From Octopus sinensis (taxonomy: Eukaryota), in contig NW_021836131.1 of assembly GCF_006345805.1 (NCBI RefSeq), positions 248,001 through 312,000 of the forward strand: 64,000 nucleotides of DNA, written 5' to 3'. The position numbers and the translations under genes are program-made. Below are positions 1 through 10,034 of this stretch, piece after piece. The notes below the pieces were generated by a model. It was not told where the DNA came from, did no database searches, and saw only the letters and a program-made list of their open reading frames with translations. Numbering within the stretch: position 1 is the stretch's first letter; each line of letters opens with the position of its first letter.

Positions 1-520
1 TTAATAAAATTCAGTATATTCGAACATTGACACCAATTTGGTTTTCTGAATTAGAAATATTAAAGACAGTCCTAAACGCGAATTTGGCGCAGGCGACCAT
101 TAAATCGCTGTCGAAACTGCCCCAAACCATTACTTTTCCACCACCGAATTTTACAGTTGGGATAATATTGCATTTTTTGTATGCAGAATCATTTTCTCTA
201 TACGCTCTTTGATGCTTATTGGTATTAAAAATATCAAAAGAGCATTCATCAGTAAAAATTACCGACTTCCATGTCTCGCCGGAAATGCTAAAAATGATTT
301 TAAATATCAAAAAATACTATTGTGAATATAATGGGAAGTTTCCTTTTATAGTTAAAAGAGATTTTATCGCCTCCCAATGGAAGATATTACTATTTTCACG
401 TCACAATGACACAATTCTCCAAGACATAACGACATGAGTTGAAAGTTTTAAAAATAGGAATGTGTTTTGCAATGACTTCTTTCGCTTTAAAATTGCTGAT
501 TCGTTTGTCTAAAAATAAAA
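1..520 (-). mobile_element. Tc1-family DDE transposase remnant
   Basis: ORF 11..310 has WKSVIFTDEC-SF and TVKFGGGKVMVWG, typical Tc1 catalytic-domain motifs; disrupted; right boundary approximate. Confidence 0.75.
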
Positions 521-659
521 TCGCATCTATACATATTGTTAAGTTAAAATTGAAAACTGTTAATAGGAAGAAAAAGGGGAATTATTTTAATCCAATTCAA
601 AATATATTACAAAATAAAAATGAATTTAATCATTTTAAATATGCTGAAAAATAACAAAA

Positions 660-1560
660 TGCACATGATACCTGAACACTCTTGCACTTGGAATAGACTC
701 ACGATTTACTGAATCGAATGCCTTTTTAACATCAATCCATGCCGAGTAGAGATTGTTCTGATACTCCTTATTGAACATTAATAAATAAGGGCTTGTTCTT
801 TTGCACCCTGGCATCCCTTTCCTGTTCCCAGCTGGTTATCGGGAAGTAGACCAAATGAATCCACAAAGTCCAATAGTTTGGTTGACGCATTTAGTTACTA
901 TCTTATGAAGATTAGCCACGCACGTGATTGACCGAAGATCGTTCAAGGTTTCGCAAACGTCTTTTTTGAGATCAAATATGTGATTCAAGTATAAAACCAT
1001 TTCCGGGAATGTAACCTCCTCGGACTATTCTGCCAATCTCCTTGCATAGGGGGCCATGCAGCGAATCCATTTTTTTAATAAAACAGTTGTAGACACCATC
1101 GCAGCAACTTGCCTTCCAGTCAGGGCCCCACTTGATGATGTTCAGTCAAACTCTTCACTAAATTCGGGCGTCGGAGTCTCACAATCGTCCATCGAGTAGA
1201 GAATTTCCGACTTTTCCACTCCAAACATTTCTCAATGCATTCGCAGTCATTAAAGTTCAATTTAACAACACAATTTTCACATAGATTCCTATAGAACCTT
1301 CAGCGGTTTAGCTCAAATCATTTGCTGTACTTTCGGAACTCACTCCTCCTTTTGTGAACAGATATTTGTTTCATTTTAAGCCGTATTAAATATTCAATTA
1401 ATGCTTATTTACAGTAGGTTTTCACTATTTCTATCTCACTATTTCTGATGGTCCATTAAAGTTTTAGTTTTTTTCTCCGTAGCTTTAGCCCAGTTAGAAT
1501 TAGTCCTCTTTTTATACGCTAAGTATTGAAATGCTTGCTATTAGTACTGATCCATAGTGA
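660..1560 (-). mobile_element. Degenerate R4-like (RLE-type) non-LTR retrotransposon, RT fragment
   Basis: Manual minus-strand translation: WKASCCDGVYNCFIKK, DLRSITCVANLHKIVTKC, QLGTGKGCQGAKEQAL, YSAWIDVKKAFDSV; frameshifted; boundaries approximate. Confidence 0.7.
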
Positions 1561-1865
1561 TAGTGTTCAAATGATATTTGACACAAGTCACGTTAGACAA
1601 ATAAAAATTGTCATTGTTATATTTAATTACAAACAGAATTTGATGTTAATTTAATCAAACAAATTTTACTATTGAAAAAAGTATATAATTAAAAAAAACA
1701 TTTATTTTAATAATAAAAAATGTTTTAATTGAAACAAAAAGTATAAAACTGTATCTACACTGGTATAATTTATTGGCTGGAATTTTAATAATTGATTTTT
1801 AAAATAAATTTTATTATAGTTGTTAGTAATAATGATCTGTAATATTTTCTTTTTAATCTATATTT

Positions 1866-4848
1866 GGTGACGTGCCTCTATTGCACCAATGTCTTTCTCA
1901 CACTTGATATCTGCTGGCCCGTTCTCAATTGGCACTCTAAACGTTAGAGGACTCAATCCCATGTATAAACAACTTCAACTCACAAGAGATTTGGAACAAC
2001 GCAAGGTGTCCATCTGCTGCTTACAAGAGACGAAAATAACTGAACATGGAAGCTCGAAGATAGGCGATTACACACTAATTACCCTCCCAACTACCTGTCG
2101 TCACTACGGCCTTGGGTTTGCAATCAACAGAAAACTGGACGAACACATATCCCGGGTGTGGTCCGTCTCGGACAGGATTGCGGTACTCCAAATCAAATGG
2201 GGAACGAAACCGAACTCCCTCGTCACAATCATTAATGTGTACGCGCCAACTGGAGTCAGAGCCCTTGCTAATCCGGATGAACTTGATGAATTCTATTCCA
2301 CTCTCACAAATTTATACAACACACTCAGATCCTCGTATATGTGTTTCATTGCTGGTGACTGGAACGCCAGAGCAGGGAAAGCCAGGCCCGGAGAAACATG
2401 CATAGGATCCCATGGAAGAAACCGGAGAAATGTGCCTGGAACTGCCTTGATCCAATTCTGCACCTACTTAGACCTATTCTTATGCAACACGGCATTCCGT
2501 CATCCAGCCAGGCACAAAACAACATGGACTGGAACCAGAAAGGACTCAAATGGAAATTACATACCTATATTCAATCAAATAGACTACATCCTCTGCAAAG
2601 CTGCCCATAAACATCTACTTGTGGATTCACGTTCATACGGGGGACTGGAGACAAATAGTGACCACAAACTAGTAATCACTAGCATCGGACTGTACAAGAC
2701 ATACAACAAACTGAAAAAACTTACGCATGATGAACAAGAAAGCTATAATCTTGAATTATTCCGTGATGAAAAACTCAAACAGAACTATGCAGACAAACTA
2801 CAGGAAGAACTTGACAATATTGACACAACAAAACCTGCAAATGCGATTTGGGATGCAGTGACCAGTGCAATGAAGAAGACAGCTGTAAATGTTGTTGGAC
2901 TCACTCGAAAAAAACACAAATTTCACGATAACGAGATTTGCTCCCTCTCAGAAAGGCAGAAAACCTTGAGGTTAAAAATACAAAACTCCAGCAACCCGAA
3001 AAAAATAAGAGAACTCCGAAAATTACGGAACATGATATTACTAAATATCAAGAAAACACAGAAATTGCTAATGTACAAAGAAACAGAAGAGCAATTTCAA
3101 CACATAACAAAACAAAAGGACGACACGAAAATGTTCATGGCAATGAGGCTGCTAAGCAAAAAAAAGAGGCAAAATTCGATCACTGTCTGGGACACCACGG
3201 AAGCGGCTATCATTGACAACAAGAGTAAGGTAGAGGCTATATCTGAATACTACTACAAAATGCTTAACTGGGAGGATGAATCAGGATACAAACCCTACCC
3301 ATATACTGTAGGGGCACTAAGTTCCCCATTAACCACTTACGAAATATTGGAGGCAATGAAGAAACTGAAAACCGGCAGGTCTGGGGGACCGGACAATATC
3401 CCACCTGAACTAGTAAAATATGCGCCAATGAAGTTTGCTGAAATCGCTGCAAATATCCTGAACAAGGCATTTGAGCAGAACAACCCATTAGACCTCGGCA
3501 AAGGATGGTTAATTCCTCTACAGAAACCTGGAAAACAAAAAGGACCCCTATCCAGCCTAAGACCTATTATTTTGCTAACGACGCTTCGGAAAACACTGTC
3601 GTTGATCGCATTAGAGAGGATAAGAACCAAGGTGGAAAACTTTCTGTCACCGGGACAAAGTGGCTTTAGAACTGGCAGGTCCACTGCTGATGTGATCTGG
3701 ACTCACAGATGGACAGCTGCCACATGCCAAAAATATAAACATTGCACTGAAATACTCGGCATCGATATGTCCAGAGCATTCGACTCTGTTCACAGAACTA
3801 AACTTGTGGAAATACTTATGACCTTCTTAAATCATGACGACATCAGAATAATCCTAATGCTTCTTCAGAACACTCAATTAGCAACCAAACTTGGTAAAAA
3901 TGTGTCAAACTATTTCTACACATCACGGGGCATACCACAAGGCGATTCGCTGTCCCCAGTTCTCTTTATCGTCTACCTAGAGGCAGCACTCAGAGACTTT
4001 CGGCCTCTTGTGGACAACACTAAATACAACGAAATAATATATGCTGATGATGTCGACTTCGTATCTGATGATGCTGAAACCCTTCGATTTATTATCGAAA
4101 CATTACCAGATATTTTTTCCAAATGGTTTCTAACAATCAACCACAATAAAACTGAACATACGAAATTTATTCGATCTGAACGAACTCATGATGAGCCCTG
4201 GAGAAGACAAAAAAAAGTCGGATCTCTCTTAGGGGACTCTGAAGACATTATGCACAGAAAAATACTATCAATTGCCACATACAATAAGTTTATGAACATC
4301 TGGCGCCTAAAGAAGCTAAATTCAAAGACAAAACTTAAAATATACAACACATTTGTTGTCCCAGTCCTAATGTACAATGGATCGACGTGGGGAATCAGTA
4401 AGACCGATATGAACAATTTGGACCGATTTCATCGGAACCAACTGAGAAGAGTGATAAACATGCAATTCTCAAGGAAAATAGCAAATTCCACCCTATACAA
4501 AAGATGCAATTCGAGACCGATCTCTATGGACATCCTGGAGTCCAGATGGCGACTCTTTGGACACATATTAAGACTTGACAGCCTCACTCCGCCGAATATC
4601 GCGATGGAAAACTACTTTGCCCATTCCAAAGGAGACTTCCGTGGAAGACCCAGGGTCACTCTGGCTACCACGCTAAATGAAGATCTAGCTGGAATTAATA
4701 AAAAACTGAAAAATGGCGATGATCTCGACTCACTCAGGACGATCGCAACTGACCGGAGAGCCTGGAGACGCATGACCGGGAGAATTTCAATGGTGGCACA
4801 AGGAAAGCTTAATTAACTTATGACTTTTCCGAAAGTGCTTTATAATAA
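1866..4848 (+). mobile_element. RTE-clade LINE with intact ORF and 12-bp TSD
   Basis: TSD TAATCTATATTT at 1854-1865 and 4849-4860; (TAA)n 3' tail; 3'UTR stem-loop ACTTT-TCCG-AAAGT; only 23 nt 5' of the ATG. Confidence 0.93.
1889..4816 (+). CDS. APE endonuclease + reverse transcriptase (RTE ORF, 975 aa)
   Basis: TLNVRGL, LQETK, AGDWNA, IDY, SDH (APE); QSGFR, AFDSV, GIPQGDSLSP, YADD (RT); RWRLFGHILR...GRPR C-terminus. Confidence 0.97.
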   Translation: MSFSHLISAGPFSIGTLNVRGLNPMYKQLQLTRDLEQRKVSICCLQETKITEHGSSKIGDYTLITLPTTCRHYGLGFAINRKLDEHISRVWSVSDRIAVLQIKWGTKPNSLVTIINVYAPTGVRALANPDELDEFYSTLTNLYNTLRSSYMCFIAGDWNARAGKARPGETCIGSHGRNRRNVPGTALIQFCTYLDLFLCNTAFRHPARHKTTWTGTRKDSNGNYIPIFNQIDYILCKAAHKHLLVDSRSYGGLETNSDHKLVITSIGLYKTYNKLKKLTHDEQESYNLELFRDEKLKQNYADKLQEELDNIDTTKPANAIWDAVTSAMKKTAVNVVGLTRKKHKFHDNEICSLSERQKTLRLKIQNSSNPKKIRELRKLRNMILLNIKKTQKLLMYKETEEQFQHITKQKDDTKMFMAMRLLSKKKRQNSITVWDTTEAAIIDNKSKVEAISEYYYKMLNWEDESGYKPYPYTVGALSSPLTTYEILEAMKKLKTGRSGGPDNIPPELVKYAPMKFAEIAANILNKAFEQNNPLDLGKGWLIPLQKPGKQKGPLSSLRPIILLTTLRKTLSLIALERIRTKVENFLSPGQSGFRTGRSTADVIWTHRWTAATCQKYKHCTEILGIDMSRAFDSVHRTKLVEILMTFLNHDDIRIILMLLQNTQLATKLGKNVSNYFYTSRGIPQGDSLSPVLFIVYLEAALRDFRPLVDNTKYNEIIYADDVDFVSDDAETLRFIIETLPDIFSKWFLTINHNKTEHTKFIRSERTHDEPWRRQKKVGSLLGDSEDIMHRKILSIATYNKFMNIWRLKKLNSKTKLKIYNTFVVPVLMYNGSTWGISKTDMNNLDRFHRNQLRRVINMQFSRKIANSTLYKRCNSRPISMDILESRWRLFGHILRLDSLTPPNIAMENYFAHSKGDFRGRPRVTLATTLNEDLAGINKKLKNGDDLDSLRTIATDRRAWRRMTGRISMVAQGKLN

Positions 4849-5068
4849 TAATCTATATTTATTTATGTATAATATTAAAAAATATTTTTATTTAATGCGG
4901 CGAACCTTATCAACAATGGACATTATAACAAATTTGAATATTTATACACACTAAACCGTTCTTATTCTTCTTTGTGGTGTAATTAGAATAATTAGACGGT
5001 TTGTTAAAATTTCTTATTTATTAATTTAAGGCACTGAATCAGTTTTTAATATAAATATTAGTAGGGAG

Positions 5069-7547
5069 ATGCCTCTTTTATGGAATAAACCATTTGTAAA
5101 ACTACCCCAACCAAGTGATTTAGAAGACGAAGACGAAATATTCGTATGTTGGAGGACAGGAGAAATATTCCGTGATTATGAGAGTTACTATGAACGAGTA
5201 ATATGTGCAACAGTCTGGTGTGGGGATGTTCTTTGATTGGTGGAGACGGACTGACTTTAAGCCAGGCAGTTGCTTGTGAGAGTGAATGTCGGAGAGAAGT
5301 AGAAGAACTAACAGATCCCGTAATAAAGGGGATATTATATACACGGAATTTATTTGATGGGACTGATAAGGAGTCGTTGGTTGACAGTGTGTTTGAATTT
5401 GTGAGTGAAGTGCTCTTTGTGGAGAACCAATCGAATTCCGTGACAAAGAAGGGAATGGAATACGTGGGAGAGTTAGCAGAGTGGAGAGAGTGGGGGAGTA
5501 CTACGCCACTGCAGATGGAATAACATATCTGGCATATTCCCCACGGAGGATGATTGAATCTGTCACCAAGAGGAGAGTTGGGCTGTGTTTAAGTATGGAT
5601 TGGGAGAATGAAGACCTGGGGAATGTTTTTTCAAATATTCGGCCAGTAGTTGAGAAGAAAGGACAGTCTAAGGAGGCCAGAATTAGAAGAATTAAACGAC
5701 TGCAGTCTCACTACTGTTCACATCTACTGACTCCTAATGAAGATCTGCTTTGCCAAACTTTAAAGCCACTCCCGGACTATTTCCCACTGTCTCCCCTCCT
5801 TAGTGAGCATTTGGGAGACATTATGGCACTTGTTTACTTTGTTGATATGTTTGATCCGTTTTTGAGGAAATTCGGAGGGGGTTTTGATATTGACTGCGGT
5901 AAGAATATGTGAATATATTATAGAATTTATCGAAAGGGCAGTTTTGGGAGACAGAGAGCGTATGTTCACATTTACAGGAGAATTGTTGAAGGTGATTTGG
6001 GCCATGACGGGAGTGGACAAGAAGATTGATGTCCCATTTGGTTTACTTTCTTTTATATTTGATAGAAATGACCCACAATAACATCTCAGAATTTGTTAGA
6101 AGGACTTTTCTTTTGTGTGCGGAGGATAAATGTTCTTCCCAACAGTCTGAAGCATTGTTATTGACAAAGACGAGTGTATTTTGCTCATTGGAATATGAGG
6201 ACATGCACTCATTTCCTTCTGAACAAAAACTACTTCTTCTATCCTACCTTGTCCAAATTATTTCAGCACATCCACACTTTCGTCCTCATCTGGAAGCACT
6301 CAATAAAGACATTATTGCCCTCAGCAAGGAAATGGCTGCTCTCACGGCAGATGAGGCCATGAAAATGATCAAATACAACAGGACAACTAACCAGATCAAT
6401 CACGTTAAAACTGTTGGCAGGAAGGGCAAATGGTGGGATGAGAGTTCGGAGGACTCCGACGATCCTAACGAATCAAGGAGGGATTATAAACTCGCTAAAA
6501 TACACAAACGCAAAGAACAAATCAAGACACAACTTGACAAGTATAACAATATTCAGTTATTGGGAATGGACAGACTATATAGGAAATATTATTTATTCTC
6601 ACATGCTCTCTTTGTCGAGATTACTCCAAAAGCAGTATTTCTATTACAGTCAGTCATAGAGATATCTTTCTCGGCATAAACGAGTCAGACAACTTACGAT
6701 TGATCCCCACACTGAGACTTGGCAACAATTTGCTAATCGGTTTTCTCTCAATTTCAAAGATCCTCCTCACCCTCCACTCTCTTTTCAAGATGAGTTTGCC
6801 ACACTTATCACTCCTGTTTTTGATAACCCTGTTCCTCTCGACGGACTGCCTACATGGTCTGTTATACCAGACGAAGAAACATTAACTTTGTTGATGGACT
6901 CACTCAGTACAACTGGCGTGCGGGAGATTGCATTAAAGAAGGCATTGATTAAAAATAGAGACAACATAAAATTGTCTACTCCCATCCCAGTCCATGTACA
7001 AACTATATCTCCCCCAGTCATCTCACAGCTGGCCTACATGTCTTCTTTACTTACTCCAGATATAACTTACCAAATTCAGACTTCACTTGAATCTCTCTCA
7101 CTTCTCTCCCATAGACAACAAGTCACTCCTCTCGTCAATGCATTCGCGACTGTTGTACAGTCTGCCATTCCACAATCCATGCTTCCACCCTTTGGCACTG
7201 CACTCAAAACTAGAAGGGGGCGTAGATCCTCCGCGAAAAGACTGTCTCCTCTCCAGGATTGTGATTTTATGCAGTCTTGGATAACTCAGTTGAAAGAAGT
7301 CACAAATATGTCCCAGATTGCCACAATGCTGAGTTTATTCCAACGCCATGTTTTGTGGGACTGTCCAACCACTGTTTACTGCAAGTCTTGTCGGAAACTC
7401 AGAAAGTATGGGCTCGTCTTAACCTGTTCTGTTTGCTCATCTTATTACCACTCGGACTGTCTTCTTGATCATCCCATGGTTGTTTTTTTGCATTACTTGT
7501 AGAATAGCAATGTTCCCTGGGTGTGTAATCAATGTGTCCCACACTAA
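5069..7547 (+). CDS. BAZ1A: ACF1/BAZ1A-like chromatin remodelling subunit (WAC, DDT, WHIM, PHD; no bromodomain seen)
   Basis: MPLLWNKPFVK...EIFRDYESYYERVI-CNSLVWGCSLIG (WAC); LGMDRLYRKY (WHIM2); LSTTGVREIALK (WHIM3); C-terminal PHD. Mini-introns 5899-5923, 6041-6065, 7479-7502; several 1-nt frameshifts. Confidence 0.88.
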
Positions 7548-8600
7548 TATATTACATTTATATATTTGTTTTATTGATACTTTATTGTGAATATAAACTC
7601 AGACAAAACAGAATGAAACAGAATAGGGTAGGGAGATTCGTCAACGTATAAATCTGTAAAAGAAAATATGCAAAATTTACTTATATGTTGGGAAATTAGC
7701 AGACTGGATAGAGATTAGAAACAAATAATATCTGTCTGGAATATTTTATAAATTATGGTTATTGCGATAAAGGACGTGTTTTTGACATATTTTGTGTCTG
7801 GAAAATAGCTAGATTTCAGAATAAATGTTTAAAGATGAAATCACAAAATATTGCTATATTTAGAAACGGTTCATCTCCAAAACTAAATCTCTCCAATCTA
7901 CAGCGAAATTCAGTTCTTAATCTAAGTAGTTATAAATAGGACAATAAAATGGGTTATCATTTAAATTGAACACCACCTAAGAGTACAAAAATCATATGAT
8001 CCTCGCAATTAATTAAGAAAATATTCTAGCGGTTCTACAAATCAGAACTTTTTTGAATTGTTGTTCATTCTGTTTATGTTTTGCCAGGCTCTGTTGTCTT
8101 CTGGTCGTGTTATAATTAAATCTATCCATAACGATCTTAACTATATTTTACGTAAAATAATATAGTACTTGTAAACAAAAAATGTACGTGATAAAAATTG
8201 CCTAAAAAATATTAGTTGTACCTTAATTCGAAATCTTAACCCATGGATTAATGACTGATTAAGGAGGTGGCTACAGGTACCAAGGCCTAAAATTAATAAA
8301 TTTGTCTCACTACAAATCAATTAAATGTACTGAAAAATCAACAAAAACATCCCGCTGCTTTTTGCTAATTATAGTTTCTTCATTAGCAATGTCTGAAAAA
8401 TTTGTGGCCAACATTTTTAAAATTTCCAACTTTTTTTTGATTTTTCTATTTCTTTGCTAGGTGTAGATTTAGTTTTTTCTGGGTCTATAATAATTTTACA
8501 AACTTAATGAACTACGTCGGTGAACCGGACAGTTTATACGGAATGAAGGAATCTATAGTCTACACTTAACATTAATCAAGGAAATGAACAGATTGTTTTA

Positions 8601-8745
8601 ATTATAGAATTTATCGAAAGGGCAGTTTTGGGAGACAGAGAGCGTATGTTCACATTTACAGGAAAATTGTTGAAGGTGATCTGGGCCATGACGGGAGTGG
8701 ACAAGAAGATTGATGTCCCATTTGGTTTACTTTCTTTTATATTTG
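8601..8745 (+). repeat. Duplicated copy of BAZ1A exon (source 5917-6061)
   Basis: 145-bp near-identical direct copy (two substitutions seen) including splice acceptor, the whole 117-nt exon and most of the next intron. Confidence 0.92.
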
Positions 8746-8762
8746 GTTGAAGGTACCGAGCA

Positions 8763-9085
8763 CTAGACGCGACTTTGACACCTGTCAAGCCTGTCATCAA
8801 CGTGTCAGTCTAATTTAATCAATAAAAAAGAACAGTCGGTAAAAATCATGTAAAATATTACTCACGTTAGATAAATTTTTTTTTGTGTGCCATGTCGTAT
8901 ACGCGTTTGCATGTGAAATTGAAACGACTAAAAAAGTTAAAAAAAGACTTAAGTTGATTATGGCAATAAAAATTATTCTTAAAAAAATTAAGTTAATCTT
9001 ACATTGGCATTGATTGATCGCATCTAGACATTGGTTGACATTGATTGACATTGATTGGTCGCTCGCTGCGCTCGCGACAAATTAC
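8763..9085 (-). mobile_element. Possible small non-autonomous rolling-circle (Helitron/Helentron-like) element
   Basis: Minus strand: hairpin TTGACA-GG-TGTCAA 8 nt before CTAG|T at 8763; GCGAGCGCAGCGAGCG motif also seen at Helitron end 12693-12750; CAAT-type microsatellite. 5' end not defined. Confidence 0.35.
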
Positions 9086-10034
9086 CTAATTTTAAATATA
9101 TTTTTGTCTAAAGTCTATTTTTTCTTTCAATGGTATATTATTGGTTTTCAAAAATGATTGAGTAGTTTTCGATATACTCAGTTTTATTTTCTATTTAAGT
9201 ATTTTGTAAAAACTTTATACAGATTAGAAATGCATTTGATAGATTTCAGGTTATTAGAAATCATATTTTTTGAAAATGAGATTGGTAAAAATAAAATGTA
9301 AAACCAATTATTTGGGCTTGTCACCGTTAAAAATTTGTAATACTTCATTATGAATCGAATAATGAAGAAAAAGTATTTAATGGGCATTAAAAGTCATTTA
9401 ATATTGTTTTCAGCAAATCATCTTGACAGACACTAGCATTCAATTAACTTTTCTTTATAAATAACTTATATCAATTAATTAACTTCTTTCCATTCTTTCA
9501 TACTTAGAATTGACTTAATCAAAAAAAAACTAATTGACGAGACCGCCGACTAAGAAGTACCTTGGTGTGCTGTTAAACACTTAGTCGGCTCATATTTGCG
9601 TTCAAGACCAGCTCCGACTATACATAATGATTATGTTATTTATGTATTAAACACCAATATAATAAACTAGTCATTGCAGAATATAAGGAGTTTAATAGAA
9701 ATGACTGGTAAATAGTAAATGACCGCAAAAAATAATGAGCCTCCAAAAGTATCATCAGACATTCAAGTAAAAATCCTTATTGAGAAAGTATAAATTTAGA
9801 AAAGAAAACATAATTTTGGTTCAAAACGTCCGTAAAAAGCATTAAAACTTCTAAACGAAATTTTATTTTAACACAGCTTTTTATTGCTGTAAATTACACC
9901 TGTCAAACCTTTATTTCAAAGTTAACTAAAATCCGCCTTAAAATAATTACATCTGAATGAAAAGGAACATAATTAAAAATAATGATTTACATTAACTACA
10001 ATAAATCAACAAAATCTGATAAAAATAAAGAGTT

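Noticed and set aside
1889-4816. Bacterial retron/DGR/group II intron RT system
   Set aside because: APE-RT architecture, TSD and (TAA)n tail identify a eukaryotic RTE LINE.
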